Part shown: piece after piece, positions 40,896 through 51,925 of the stretch
Layout of the letters: every line of letters begins with the position of its first letter
Position numbering within the stretch: the first letter of the stretch is position 1
Assembly: GCA_963555825.3 (NCBI GenBank)
Contig: CAUVXB020000001.1
Span: 1,088,001 to 1,152,000, forward strand
Length of the DNA: 64,000 nt
Direction: 5' to 3'
Origin: Alphaproteobacteria bacterium
Lineage (GTDB): Bacteria; Pseudomonadota; Alphaproteobacteria; JAAXGF01
Notes under the pieces: model-generated
What the model was told of the DNA's origin: nothing
The model's database searches: none
What the model saw: the letters and a program-made list of their open reading frames with translations, nothing else
Made by a program: the position numbers and the translations under genes

Positions 40896-41936
40896 CTAGC
40901 GGAACGGCGGCGAGTACTGCAGCCCGCCGCGAGTCCACAAGTCGTTCTGAGAGCCGGCGCGCGCGATGCCGATCCCGAGGGGACCGTCACCCATCGAGCG
41001 CTCGTACATCTCGTCGTAGTTGCCGACTTGCTTGACGATTTGGTAGGCCCAGTCGGCCGGCAGGCCGAGACCCTCGCCGAGGTTGCCCTCGGTGCCGAGA
41101 AGACGATTCACCGAGGCGTTCCCCATATTGGCCTTGGCGTCGTCGACGTTGGCCGAATTCAGGCCAAGCTCCTCGGCGGCGACCATGGCGAAGACCGTCC
41201 ACTTGACGATGTCCATCCACTGCGAGTCGTTCTGACGCACGACCGGCCCCAAGGGCTCCTTGGAGATGGTCTCGGGCAGAATGATGTGGTCGCCCGGGTT
41301 CGGGAACGCGGCCTTGTTCGAGGCGAGACCCGACTTGTCGTTGGTCAGCGCGTCACAGCCACCTTGCAGATACGTGTCGTTGCGCACGTTGCCGTCCTCG
41401 AAGGTGATCGGCTGGATGTCGAGACCATTGTTCCGGCTGAAGTCCGCCAGATTGAGCTCGGTCGTCGTGCCGGTCAGCACGCACACCGAGGCGCCCTTGA
41501 GATCCATCGCGCTCGAGATACCGCTGTCCTTGGGCACCATGAAGCCTTGGCCGTCGTAGAAGTTTATCGACGTGAAGTCGAGACCCAGCTGCGTGTCGCG
41601 AAACAGTGTCCAGGTCGTCGTCCGCGACAGCACGTCCGACTCGCCGTTCGCCATGGCGGTGAACCGCGCCTGCGTGCTGACCGACTGGAACTGCACGGCA
41701 TTCTTGTCGCCGAAGATGGCGGCGGCAAGCGCGCGGCACGTGTCGACGTCACTGCCATACCAGTTGCCTTCGGCGTCCAGATTATAGAAACCCGGCGAAG
41801 GCGGACCGACCTGGCAACGCAGGTGACCGCGCTTCTTGACGATCTCCAGCGTGCTTTCGGCCGAAGCATCGACAGCGCCCCCGATGAGGAGCGCGACGCT
41901 GGCGGCGGCCGCAGTAAGATATTTGATAACATTCAT
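40896..41936 (-). CDS. aapJ: Amino acid ABC transporter substrate-binding protein
   Basis: Signal peptide; FYDGQGFMV, ISKEPLGP, GGLQYSPPFR. Confidence 0.92.
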   Translation of the reverse strand: MNVIKYLTAAAASVALLIGGAVDASAESTLEIVKKRGHLRCQVGPPSPGFYNLDAEGNWYGSDVDTCRALAAAIFGDKNAVQFQSVSTQARFTAMANGESDVLSRTTTWTLFRDTQLGLDFTSINFYDGQGFMVPKDSGISSAMDLKGASVCVLTGTTTELNLADFSRNNGLDIQPITFEDGNVRNDTYLQGGCDALTNDKSGLASNKAAFPNPGDHIILPETISKEPLGPVVRQNDSQWMDIVKWTVFAMVAAEELGLNSANVDDAKANMGNASVNRLLGTEGNLGEGLGLPADWAYQIVKQVGNYDEMYERSMGDGPLGIGIARAGSQNDLWTRGGLQYSPPFR

Positions 41937-42080
41937 GATCAGTGTTCTCCCAGTTGACTCCCTGTCTCGATACGCACGTTTACGGGCTGTACGAGCCAGC
42001 TATGGACCTAACGTTAGCCGTAAGCATCCAGCACCGCAATAGTCTTTGAATGGGTGCTTTCGACACCGCTTTTTTATTGA

Positions 42081-42299
42081 TTAACCGTCCGAGGCGCTCT
42101 CGCGCGGTTCGCAGTCAAACCGCTTGTCGTAAGCTCTCGGGTCGGACCGTATGAGATCGGCGTGGATTTCCTCGGCACGCGCCTTGCGTTTGAGACACTC
42201 CTCAAGCGTTGCGACGGGCAGCGACGCCCAGCCATCCATGTCGTCGCCGCGAACCCAGGCGCCGTTGATCAGGAGATAGACGACGAAGAGGTATTCCAT
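42081..42299 (-). CDS. Small hypothetical protein
   Basis: 72-aa ORF with hydrophobic N-terminus and two Cys. Confidence 0.55.
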   Translation of the reverse strand: MEYLFVVYLLINGAWVRGDDMDGWASLPVATLEECLKRKARAEEIHADLIRSDPRAYDKRFDCEPRESASDG

Positions 42300-42381
42300 T
42301 GCTCGACCGAACGGATCAAGGCGCGTCGCCCAGAACCCGTTTTTCAGGTACGCGCATAATGTGACCGCGGCAGGCCCGGCG

Positions 42382-43170
42382 TCAGCTGCCGGTCTCGATC
42401 GACTGCCAGTAGTTGACGTTGAGTTCGCTGATGAATTTGTCGTGCACCGAGCCGAGGCATTGGCGCAGGCTCGACATGCCGACGAAGGTCGCGTCGTAGC
42501 AACGCTCGAAGCCCTGGCGCGCCAGCCCGTAGCCGGGCGTGCCGGTGTCGGGCGAGACCTCCTGCCACACCGCCGCGCGCATCGAATCGCTGGTGCGGCC
42601 GCGGGCCGGCAGCGCGTTGATCAGGCTGGCCGTGACCCGCGCCGCGTCAATCTTATCGAAGCCGCGCGTCATGACCTGTTTCGCGAGCGCCGACAGCGGG
42701 CCCGCCGCGAGAGCGATATCGGCTTCGGTGTGCGGCCTGCGGTCGCCCGCGATGGCTTCCGGAACCAAGGTCGCGTTGTCGCCGATGCTCAGCCGCACCG
42801 TCGCCAATTCGAACTCGCGCAAAATGCTCTTCGACACGCTCATGCGGATCGCCGAGTGGCCGCGCTCGGTCGAAACGGTGAGCAGGTCGGCGACGTCGAG
42901 CGCGACGACGGTGCCGTCCTCGCGCACACCCTCGAGGGTCACGGTCGCTGTGTCGTGGATGTAATAGGGTGTGCCCTGATTCGGCGAATTGCGCCGCTGC
43001 TCGAGGCAATAGGACGTGAACTGAGCGCCACACTCGCGATAATCGCAGTTTAATTCGACCGGCCCGGCGCTGGCGATGACGCCGAGGATCTGCGGCGCCG
43101 CCTCGGCCTGCGTCGCGCCGAGCGCGAGAAGGGGTGCCACTGCCAAGCCGTATGCGACTTTTCTGAACAT
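42382..43170 (-). CDS. Exported hypothetical protein
   Basis: Signal peptide ending AEA; GAGGTG RBS; host-like codon usage; five Cys. Confidence 0.75.
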   Translation of the reverse strand: MFRKVAYGLAVAPLLALGATQAEAAPQILGVIASAGPVELNCDYRECGAQFTSYCLEQRRNSPNQGTPYYIHDTATVTLEGVREDGTVVALDVADLLTVSTERGHSAIRMSVSKSILREFELATVRLSIGDNATLVPEAIAGDRRPHTEADIALAAGPLSALAKQVMTRGFDKIDAARVTASLINALPARGRTSDSMRAAVWQEVSPDTGTPGYGLARQGFERCYDATFVGMSSLRQCLGSVHDKFISELNVNYWQSIETGS

Positions 43171-43385
43171 GCTCGTCACCTCGTCCATTCGATGGCGCAA
43201 TCATACTATCACAAGGCGCCGTTGTCACGCCGAGCCGCGTCGACCAGTTCGCCGTCGCGTCGCGCGCTTTGCGAACGGATCAATCCTCGTTCGTCGTCAT
43301 GTTTCCCGTTTCTGGCCTTACGTCCGTCGCTACCATGGCGGCCCGTAGATCATCGGGTTACCGATCTGGAAAGAACTTCATACGA

Positions 43386-44021
43386 TCATCGGCCGGCCGG
43401 TTTCCACGCCAGCGGCAACACGCAGGCGGCGAGCGCGAGCTTGAGCGCGTCGCCCACGAGGAACGGCGCGACGCCGGCGGCGAACGCCGCCCCGAATGGG
43501 GTCTCCGCTCCCGTGGCCGCGATGTATTCGATGCCCGGCCCCGCGTAGAAGACGGCGAGCCAGGGCACGCCCGGCAGGTAGATGGCAACGTTACCGATCA
43601 TCATGGCGAGCGCTGTCAGCCCCACGTTGCGGTCCCAGCCGCGCTGCGCCAGATAGCCGACGACCGCGGCGGCGGCGACGAAACCGACGATGTATCCGCC
43701 GGTCGGACCGACGATGACCGCGGGACCCCCCGACAGCTTGGCAAACACCGGGATGCCCACGGCCCCTTCGGCCATGTACAACAGAAGCGTCGCCGCCCCG
43801 AGGCGCCATCCGAACGCCATACCGACGACGAGTACGGCGAAGGTTTGCCCGGTGATCGGCACCGGCGAGAACGGCAGCAGCGACACCTGGACCTGGGCCG
43901 ACGCGGCGACGAACGCGCTCCCCAGTAACGCAAGAATCACGGTCCGCAGGCTGATGAATCCCTTCGTCGCCGGCCAAAGCGTACCGATAAGGGTGGCCTG
44001 GGTGGCGGCAAGTGAGGACAT
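43386..44021 (-). CDS. bioY: Biotin transporter BioY
   Basis: PVPITGQTFAV, GPTGGYIVGF, PFLVGDALK. Confidence 0.93.
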   Translation of the reverse strand: MSSLAATQATLIGTLWPATKGFISLRTVILALLGSAFVAASAQVQVSLLPFSPVPITGQTFAVLVVGMAFGWRLGAATLLLYMAEGAVGIPVFAKLSGGPAVIVGPTGGYIVGFVAAAAVVGYLAQRGWDRNVGLTALAMMIGNVAIYLPGVPWLAVFYAGPGIEYIAATGAETPFGAAFAAGVAPFLVGDALKLALAACVLPLAWKPAGR

Positions 44022-44109
44022 CAAGCACACTCCTTCGTCGTTGGCGGCAAATTTTACAGCGGCGCGACGCTATCACAGTCCCGCGCGCGCAGCCATGGAG
44101 TGTCTCCAC

Positions 44110-45529
44110 TGTATCGCACCCGGTTCCTTGGACACAAGTTTGTCTCATGCGGCGGGCCTGAGTGACATCGCGGTGTGCCACGCCTGACGAGCTTGAGCGG
44201 GGCTCAGGTAGCCGTTCTTCTCCACGATCCACTGGGCATTGTACTGTTCGACGAACCCGCGGACGGCGTTCCGCAGCTCCGCGATGTTGCGGTAGATGCG
44301 GCCATGGATGATCTGTTCCTTGAGCGTGCGATTGAACCTCTCGGCGACGCCGTTGGTCTGGGGCTGTTCGACGAAGGCGTAGGACGGCTGGATGCCCCAG
44401 AACTTGATCTGGTTGGTGAAGTGGTCCGACAGATACTGGGAGCCGTGATCCATCCGCAAGGCCAGCCCCCGCGCCGCACCGGCGGAGGTCGAGGCATACA
44501 GCCTCGCAAGCCCCATGGAGATCGGCTGAAGGGCGGCGAAGCGGTCGCCTCGCTTGCACACATGCCAGCCGACGCACTCGGCGTTCCAATGCTCGATGGC
44601 GGTGAATATCCAGCCCCAGCCGTCGTCCACCGTGAACACCCGAACGCCGTCCGTGCCCCACATGAGGTTGGGGGCATGGGTGATGATCTCACCGACATGG
44701 GGATTTCCGCCACGGCGGCGGCAGCGATGGGGCGAGAGCAGGTTGTTCTCGCGCATCACCCGGAGCCCCCGCTTGCGGGAAACACGGATGCCACGACAGA
44801 CCCGAAGCCGAGCCCAGACCTTGCGGTGTCCCTCGCCCTCCCAGGGGGATGCCTCCAGGTCGGCCTCGATGGCCACCAGCAGAGCCTCGTCCGAGATCGA
44901 GGGCTTCGGTCCCCGGCGCTTTGCTGGTGGGCGCTCAGCGGTGGCCTGCTGCCGGGATTTCATGGCGTAGAACGAGGAACGGGCAAAACCCCAGGCCGCA
45001 CAGACCCGCTGGAGGCCGTAGGCCAAACCCGTGCCGGGAGAGGTGGCGGCACTCATCGCCGCGACCTCCGCCGCCCCAAAGGGCCGGACGTCTCCGTCTT
45101 GGCCTCCAGCAGTTCCACCTGCATGATCAACTCCCCGATCCGCTTCATGGCGATGTCCAGTTCCGCCTTCACCGGATCGCCCTTGCGTTCCTTGAGCGAG
45201 GCATCGATCCCGGCGATCGCCTTCTCACGCCACTGCTCGAGCCGGAAAATCTCCACGCCCAACTGCCGCGACAAAAGTTCCACCGGCTCGCCACGCAAAA
45301 GCCGCAGGGCAACCTCACGCTTGCGCGTCACCGTCCACCGCTGGCCAAGTCCCAGCGGGCCTGCCGGCGAAACCTGGCCCGGGGAAAACGTGGACGAGCC
45401 AAGCTCGCCCTCGTTTACCACAGGCCCATCAACAGCAACTTTGTTCTCAAAATTGTCGGTCATGTTCCGGTCCTCCTTGGACACTTCGATTAAGCCAATT
45501 CTGTGTCCAAGGAAATCGGGTCCGACTCA
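44110..45529 (-). mobile_element. IS3-family element, copy B (OrfB 44145-45056, OrfA 45053-45463)
   Basis: Same 1420-bp element as copy A; flanked by 14-bp direct repeat TGGAGTGTCTCCAC (44096-44109, 45530-45543). Confidence 0.93.
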
Positions 45530-45629
45530 TGGAGTGTCTCCACGAATGCGCATAAGCTTGCCCCGGCTCCACGCTGAGGGGCAGTCCGGGCCCAGTCGAG
45601 CTACCCGAACAGCCGACGCTCGGTGACCC

Positions 45630-45776
45630 GGGCGGCCGATCCGGCTGGCGACGCTGCGCGCGCTGATCGCCTTCATGCGCGATTTCCCCGATGTCGGGTT
45701 CGCCACGTCGGACGAAATCGCCGGCACCTTCATCGCCCATGAAAGCGGCGGCGACATGGACGCAGCGGTGTCGTAA
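45630..45776 (+). pseudogene. C-terminal remnant resembling a polysaccharide deacetylase-family protein
   Basis: GRPIRLATLRALIAFMRDFPDVGFATSDEIA...stop; no matching N-terminus. Confidence 0.5.
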
Positions 45777-45833
45777 TGTGCGGGCAACGCGGCCGCGTCA
45801 CCGCCTTTCGGTCACCAGCACAACGAGTTCGAG

Positions 45834-47003
45834 ATGAAGCCGGATACCACTTTCGTCAAAGCCGGGCGCAAGCCCCACGACCACAACTACGGCGCCGTCA
45901 ACCCGCCGGTCTACCACGTCTCGACGATCCTGCAGCCTACCCTGGCGGCATGGCGCGAATCGCGTGGCCAACAACTCGACCGGGTCGTATACGGCCGGCG
46001 CGGCACGCCGACGACCTTCGCCCTCGACGAGGCGATCGCCGCCGCCGAGGGCGGCGACCGATGTGTCACCGTCGCCTCGGGGCTGGCCGCGGTTACCAAC
46101 GCGCTGACCGCGTTCCTCGAGACCGGCGATCATCTGCTCATGGTCGACACCGCCTATGGCCCGACACGCAAATTCTGCGACACCGTGCTCACCGGCTTCG
46201 GCGTCGAGACGACCTTCTACGATCCGCTCATCGGCGCCGACATCGACGGATTGGTACGCAACAACACCAAGGTGGTGTATCTCGAATCGCCCGGCACCTA
46301 CACCTTCGAGGTACAGGACGTGCCGGCCATCGCCGAGATCGCGCACAACCGCGGCGCGGTGGTGATCCTCGACAACACCTGGGCGTCGCCTTATTTCTTC
46401 AAACCGTTCGAACACGGCGTCGACGTCTCGGTCCAGGCCGTGACGAAATACATCGGCGGCCATTCGGACATCATGTCGGGCGCGCTGACGACCACCGAGG
46501 CGGTGCACGAGAAGGTCCGCGTCATGGCGCATACGCTGGGCGCATGCCCGGGCCCCGACGACTGCTATCTCGCGCAGCGCGGCCTTCGGACGCTCGGCGT
46601 GCGCATGCCGAGGCATCAGTCGAACGCGCTGGCCATCGCGCACTGGCTCGAGGGCCGACCCGAGGTCGAACGCGTCATGCACCCGGCGCTCGAGGGCCAC
46701 CCGGGTCACGACATTTGGGCACGCGACTACTTGGGCTCGAGCGGTCTGTTCGGCGCCGTGTTGAAGCCCTGTTCGGAGACCGCTTTGGCCGCGATGTTCG
46801 ACGGCTTCGAGCATTTCGGCATGGGCGCGTCGTGGGGCGCATACGAAAGCCTGATGATCCCGACCGAACCGTCGGCCGTTCGCACCGCGACGCGCTGGGA
46901 TGTCGCCGGTCAAGCGGTGCGCATCCACGCCGGTCTCGAAGACATCGATGACCTGATCGCCGATCTCGAAGCCGGGCTGGATCGGCTTAGGCGCGCCGAC
47001 TGA
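45834..47003 (+). CDS. metC: Cystathionine beta-lyase
   Basis: VNPPVYHVST, YGRRGTPT, DNTW, TKYIGGHSD, SWGAYESL. Confidence 0.92.
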   Translation: MKPDTTFVKAGRKPHDHNYGAVNPPVYHVSTILQPTLAAWRESRGQQLDRVVYGRRGTPTTFALDEAIAAAEGGDRCVTVASGLAAVTNALTAFLETGDHLLMVDTAYGPTRKFCDTVLTGFGVETTFYDPLIGADIDGLVRNNTKVVYLESPGTYTFEVQDVPAIAEIAHNRGAVVILDNTWASPYFFKPFEHGVDVSVQAVTKYIGGHSDIMSGALTTTEAVHEKVRVMAHTLGACPGPDDCYLAQRGLRTLGVRMPRHQSNALAIAHWLEGRPEVERVMHPALEGHPGHDIWARDYLGSSGLFGAVLKPCSETALAAMFDGFEHFGMGASWGAYESLMIPTEPSAVRTATRWDVAGQAVRIHAGLEDIDDLIADLEAGLDRLRRAD

Positions 47004-47784
47004 TACCGCGGGCGGCGAGCGTCACGAGCGCGAACAAGGCCATCGCCGCGACCACGATCGACGCGCCGGCCGGCGTGTCCCAGGCGAGCGACCCGCCGAG
47101 GCCGGCGATGACCGCGACGGCGCCGATCGCGCTGGCCCACAGCGCCATCTGCTCGGGTGTCTTGGCGAGCCAGCGCGCCGCGGCGGCGGGAACGATCAGC
47201 AACGAGGTTACCAGCAGAATGCCGACCACCTTGAGTCCGACCGCGATGACGACGGCGAGCAGCAGCATGAAGGCGAGGCGCACGGCGCCGATGCGCACGC
47301 CTTCGACCTCGGCGAGTTCCTCGTGCACCGTCGCCGCCAGGAGCGGCCGCCAGATCACCGCCAGCGCGATCAGCACGATCGCGCCGCCGCCGTAAATCCA
47401 CGCCAGATCGTGGCTGGTCACGGCCAGCACGTCGCCGAACAGATAGCTCATTAGGTCGACGCGCAGCGTCTCGACGAAGGCGAGCACGACCAACCCGACC
47501 GCGAGCGCGCCATGCGCCAGAATGCCCAGCAGCGTGTCGGTGGCAAGCGCCTGCTGGCGCTGCAACGCGACGAGCAGAAGCGCGAGCGCGATGCAGACGG
47601 CGATCACCGCGAGGTTGAGGTCGACCGCCAAGAGGAAGCCGAGCGCCACGCCGAGCAGCGCCGAATGCGCCATCGCGGCGCCGAAATAGGCCATGCGCCG
47701 CCACACCACGAAAGCGCCCAGCGGGCCGGCGACGAGGGCGACACCGACGCCGCCGACCAGTGCGCGGATGAAGAAATCATCCAT
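46987..47784 (-). CDS. znuB: Zinc ABC transporter permease
   Basis: [23 protein letters not shown]. Confidence 0.93.
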   Translation of the reverse strand: MDDFFIRALVGGVGVALVAGPLGAFVVWRRMAYFGAAMAHSALLGVALGFLLAVDLNLAVIAVCIALALLLVALQRQQALATDTLLGILAHGALAVGLVVLAFVETLRVDLMSYLFGDVLAVTSHDLAWIYGGGAIVLIALAVIWRPLLAATVHEELAEVEGVRIGAVRLAFMLLLAVVIAVGLKVVGILLVTSLLIVPAAAARWLAKTPEQMALWASAIGAVAVIAGLGGSLAWDTPAGASIVVAAMALFALVTLAARGISRRA

Positions 47785-48595
47785 GGCCGTGGTGCTCCGC
47801 GGGCGGCGTCGCGTCGTCGCTCGACAGCGGCACGATCCCGCCGCTCGCGTCGTGGCTGTGATCGTGATGATGGGTGTAGACCGCGAGGCCACGCTCGGCG
47901 AGCGGGCCGAACAGGGCGAGGTAGGCCGGGTGCCGGGTCACCGTCTCGGGGTGGCCGGTGCAGCAGACGTGGTGGTTGAGGCAGACCACGGTGTCGGTCG
48001 CCGCCATCACCAGATGCAGATCGTGCGACACCATAAGAACGCCGCAACCGCGGTCGTCCCGGATGCGCCCGATCAGCGCGTACAGCTCGCCCTGCCCGGC
48101 GATGTCGACGCCGGCGACCGGCTCGTCGAGGACCAGCAGGTCGGGTTCGCGAAGCAGCGCGCGGGCGAGCAGCACGCGCCGCATCTCGCCGCCCGAGACG
48201 CGTTGGATCGGGTGGTCGGCGAGCGCAGCGGCGCCGACTTCGTCGAGTACCGCGGCGATTGCAGCGCGCCGGCGGCCGCGCGGCGTGTCGGCGCCCAACG
48301 CGAGAAAACGGCCGACGGTCAGCGGCAGCGACGGATCGACGACCAAGACCTGGGGCATGTAACCGATGCGCAACCCGTCGCGGCGGCGGATCGTGCCGCT
48401 GTCGGGCGCGATCAGACCGAGCAGAACGCGGACCAAGGTCGACTTGCCCGATCCGTTGGGACCGATCAGCGTGACGATCTCGCCGCACCGGACGGTCAGC
48501 TCGACCTCGGAGAGAATGCTGTCACCGCCGAGGTCGAATGTGACGCCGGTCGCCTCGGCGAGGATTTCGGCGGCGCCGCCAGAGTCAGCCGGCAT
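47777..48595 (-). CDS. znuC: Zinc ABC transporter ATPase
   Basis: [26 protein letters not shown], His-rich tail. Confidence 0.93.
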   Translation of the reverse strand: MPADSGGAAEILAEATGVTFDLGGDSILSEVELTVRCGEIVTLIGPNGSGKSTLVRVLLGLIAPDSGTIRRRDGLRIGYMPQVLVVDPSLPLTVGRFLALGADTPRGRRRAAIAAVLDEVGAAALADHPIQRVSGGEMRRVLLARALLREPDLLVLDEPVAGVDIAGQGELYALIGRIRDDRGCGVLMVSHDLHLVMAATDTVVCLNHHVCCTGHPETVTRHPAYLALFGPLAERGLAVYTHHHDHSHDASGGIVPLSSDDATPPAEHHGHG

Positions 48596-49106
48596 GGCTC
48601 TCGGCCCCCTCGCCGTCCTGGCAGTTCGGGCACCGCCCGGCAATCTCGATTGTCTGCCGCTCGACACGGAAGCCGACCTCGCCGGCGCTCGCCTCGACCG
48701 CACCGCCGATCCGCCGGTCGTCGACTTCGGCGGCAACGCCGCAGCCGGTACAGATCAGGAAATGGCCGCTGTGCGGTTTGCCCGGCGTCGGGCAGCCGAC
48801 CACGGCGTTGAGTGATTCGATGCGGTGAACGAGCCCGTGGGCGAGCAGGAAATCAAGCGCCCGGTAGACCGTCGGCGGCGCCGCCGAGCGGCCTTTTTGT
48901 TGCAGTGTCTCGAGGATCGAATAGGCGCCGCGCGGCGCATGGCTGCGCCACACCAGCTCGAGAATGCGGCGGCGCAGGTCGGTCAGCCGCGCGCCGCGCC
49001 GTTCGCACAGCTCGGCCGCCGCGGCGACCGCCTCGGTTATGCAGCGGTCGTGATCATGATCGGCCGCCTCGAAGGGGGCGCGGGCATGGGTCGTCGTGTC
49101 GGGCAT
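48585..49106 (-). CDS. zur: Zinc uptake regulator (Fur family)
   Basis: [25 protein letters not shown]. Confidence 0.93.
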   Translation of the reverse strand: MPDTTTHARAPFEAADHDHDRCITEAVAAAAELCERRGARLTDLRRRILELVWRSHAPRGAYSILETLQQKGRSAAPPTVYRALDFLLAHGLVHRIESLNAVVGCPTPGKPHSGHFLICTGCGVAAEVDDRRIGGAVEASAGEVGFRVERQTIEIAGRCPNCQDGEGAESHAG

Positions 49107-49136
49107 CGCGGATCCTCTGCAGGCTTGACGCAGTAT

Positions 49137-49151
49137 TGTTATGATATAACA
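49137..49151. promoter_or_regulatory. Zur box
   Basis: TGTTATGATATAACA palindrome between divergent zur-znuCB and znuA; matches the proteobacterial TGTTATA-N-TATAACA core. Confidence 0.88.
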
Positions 49152-49162
49152 TCCGCCTCACA

Positions 49163-50125
49163 ATGCAAATGCGACTCTTTATGAATAGGAAGTCGCGGGT
49201 CCCCGGACACGCGCGCCATTTTCTCATCAGCCTGTCGGCCTGGCTGTTGCTCGGCGGCACTGCGGCGTCGGCCGATCCGCCGAACGTGGTCGTCAGCATC
49301 AAGCCGATCGAGGCGATCGTTGGCGCGGTGATGCGCGGCGTCGGCACGCCATATTTGATTATCCGCGGCAGCGGCTCGCCGCATAGCTATCCTCTGCGGC
49401 CTTCCGACGCGCGGGCACTGAGCAACGCCGATGTGATCTTCCGTGTCGGCCCGGACCTCGATGTGTTTCTCGAAAAGCCGCTTGCCGCGATCGCCACCAA
49501 GGCAACCATCGTGACCTCGATCGACGTCGAGGGATTGACGCTCTGGCCGCTGCGAACGAGCGGCCATTGGAAGGACCACGGCGCAACACACGGCGCCATC
49601 GACAGCCACGTTTGGCTCGATCCGACCAACGCGGCGGCCATGGCCCGCGCGGCGGCCGAGGCGCTCGGCGCAATCGACTCGACCAACGCAGCGATTTATC
49701 GCGCCAACGCCACGCAGTTCGGCACCGACCTCGACGCCCTCGACGCCGAGCTGCGCGGCATTCTGGCGCCGGTCCGCGAGCTGCCCTATGTCGTCTTCCA
49801 CGATGCCTACCAATATTTCGAGCGCGCCTACAGCTTGAACGCCGTCGGCGCCGTCACGATCAGCCCCGAGCGTGCGCCGGGCGCCCGGCGGATCACGGAA
49901 ATCAGGGCGGTCATAACCGGCCTCGACGCGCGCTGCCTGTTCAGCGAGCCGCAGTTCGAACCCGCCATCGCGGCCACCATCGTCGAGGACACGGGCGCGC
50001 GAACCGGCGTTCTCGATCCGCTCGGCGCGGCGGTCGCGTCGGGCCCCGACGGCTATCTCGCGCTCCTGCGCGGCCTGGCGCGCGCGTTGGTCGACTGCCT
50101 TGCCGCCCCCGACAAGCTTGATTGA
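49163..50125 (+). CDS. znuA: Zinc ABC transporter substrate-binding protein
   Basis: SIKPI, SPHSYPLRPSD, HVWLDP, FHDAYQYFE; start may be 49181. Confidence 0.92.
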   Translation: MQMRLFMNRKSRVPGHARHFLISLSAWLLLGGTAASADPPNVVVSIKPIEAIVGAVMRGVGTPYLIIRGSGSPHSYPLRPSDARALSNADVIFRVGPDLDVFLEKPLAAIATKATIVTSIDVEGLTLWPLRTSGHWKDHGATHGAIDSHVWLDPTNAAAMARAAAEALGAIDSTNAAIYRANATQFGTDLDALDAELRGILAPVRELPYVVFHDAYQYFERAYSLNAVGAVTISPERAPGARRITEIRAVITGLDARCLFSEPQFEPAIAATIVEDTGARTGVLDPLGAAVASGPDGYLALLRGLARALVDCLAAPDKLD

Positions 50126-50176
50126 ACGACGGCGCCTCCCCACATTTTAAGCCAACCAAGCGGGCGGGGAAGTGAC

Positions 50177-50913
50177 ATGTCGGATATCGCGAGCAACGAC
50201 GGCTGGTCCGAAGCGGACTCCGAAAACTTTATCGACTACGGCCGCTACTACGTGCCCGAGCGCGAACAGCAGATCGAGACGATCTGCAGTCTGATCCCCG
50301 ACACACCGCCGCCGTCGCATGTCGTCGAGTTGTGCTGTGGCGAAGGCCTGTTGAGCCACGCGCTGCTCGAGCGTCTGCCGAACGCGACGGTCCACGCCTT
50401 TGACGGCTCGCCCAAATGTTGGCGCATACGCGCACGCGGTTGGCGCAATTCGGCGATCGCTTCGACACCACCCAATTCGACCTCGCCGCCAGCGACTGGC
50501 GCGCCTTTCCCTGGCCCTTGACCGGTGTCGTTTCGTCGCTCGCCATCCACCATCTCGACGGACCGGGCAAGGCGGCGCTGTTCGCCGATGTCGCGCGCGC
50601 GCTTGCGCCCGGCGGCGTCTTCGTCGTCGCCGACCTGATCGAGCCGACCAGCGAGGCCGGCCGGCGTGTCGCCGCCAAGGCGTGGGACGACGCGGTGCGC
50701 CGGCGCGCGCTCGAACTCGACGGCGACCTCGCCGCCTTCGAGGCGTTCCAGGCGGACGACTGGAACCACTATTCGGCGCCCGAGCCCGACCCGGTCGACA
50801 TGCCGTCGCCGTTGAAGAGCCAGCTCGACTGGATGGCGGCAGCGGGGCTTGGCGACATCGACGTCCACTACCTCAAGGCCGGCCACGCCATCTTCAGCGG
50901 CCGCAAAGCTTAG
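50177..50913 (+). pseudogene. Class I SAM methyltransferase with a 1-nt deletion near 50414-50416
   Basis: VVELCCGEG...FDGSP(K) in one frame, MLAHTR...SSLAIHHL in another; one extra A restores DGSPKML. Confidence 0.8.
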
Positions 50914-50943
50914 GTCGGCCAGTGTCCAGAGGCGCCGCGCCGC

Positions 50944-51732
50944 TTAGGCGGCGTCGCCAGCGCGCAGGCAGTCTTCGTCGAGCGGCGTCACCGGGGTCAG
51001 ATCGCGGTGGTGTTGATACTCGGGTCGGGTCTCGTTGGTCAGTGCGTTCGACACCGGGTTGACGATTAGCGAGAAGATGCGCCGCGGCCACGGCGACATG
51101 TTCGACGGCGAGCCGTGTACCAGGCAATCGCCGAAGATCAGTGCGGTGCCGGGCGGCCCCTTGGCAGCGACCAGCCCGCCTTCCGAAACCAGCCGGGCCA
51201 CCGTTTCGTTATCGACGCACCACAACGGATAACTCGTCGTCACGGCGTCGAGCGTGGCCGGCTGCGGCCCGTGCCTGTGCGAGCCACGGATGAAGACCAG
51301 CGGGCCGTTGAACTCGCCGACCTCATCGAGGAAGACGTGGAGATTAAGCGCCAGCGGCTTGGGCACACCGTCCTCGCCGCGGTGCGTCGCGAAGTCATAG
51401 TGCCACTGCCAGACCTCGCCTGAAAACGCCTCCTTGGCATTGACCTTTACCTGCTGGATGTAGACCGGCTCGCCGAGGATCTGCAGCGCCGGCCCGATCA
51501 GACGCGGGTGGCGCACGAGACGGGCGTAGACCTCGTTGCGTTGGTGCAGGCCCATCGCCGTGCGCACCTTGCCGCTTGCCTTCTCACGGAAGTTCTCGGG
51601 CCGGCGTTGGGCGAACAGGTCGCCGAGCTCATCGCGCAGCAGCGCCACCTCTTCGGCCGTAAACAGTTCGGGAAGGATGAGAAAGCCGTCTTCCGCGAAG
51701 CGCCCGAGTTGTTCACCACTGAGTTCCATCAT
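50944..51732 (-). CDS. PhyH-family Fe(II)/2-oxoglutarate dioxygenase
   Basis: WHYD, NGPLVFIRGSH, VHGS. Confidence 0.88.
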   Translation of the reverse strand: MMELSGEQLGRFAEDGFLILPELFTAEEVALLRDELGDLFAQRRPENFREKASGKVRTAMGLHQRNEVYARLVRHPRLIGPALQILGEPVYIQQVKVNAKEAFSGEVWQWHYDFATHRGEDGVPKPLALNLHVFLDEVGEFNGPLVFIRGSHRHGPQPATLDAVTTSYPLWCVDNETVARLVSEGGLVAAKGPPGTALIFGDCLVHGSPSNMSPWPRRIFSLIVNPVSNALTNETRPEYQHHRDLTPVTPLDEDCLRAGDAA

Positions 51733-51925
51733 CGCCCCCGCCGCACTCCGGCATCCGGTTCCGCCGACCATGTTGCCGCCAGTCCGGCAATGTCAAGCGC
51801 GGGCACGCTCGCAGACGGGTATGGCGACGATACGGCGCAAAATGGCTTCGCGATCGGCATCGGCGGTGCCACAATGGTCCGGCTTGGCAGCGGACATTGG
51901 GCAACGGCGGAGACGGGGGTACGGC

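Noticed and set aside
25529-45529. Composite transposon formed by the two direct IS3 copies
   Set aside because: Outer flanks share no TSD, copy B has its own duplication, and the cargo is housekeeping.
49125-49150. Sigma70 promoter TTGACG...TATAAC for znuA
   Set aside because: Spacing is only 14 nt; only the Zur box is reported.
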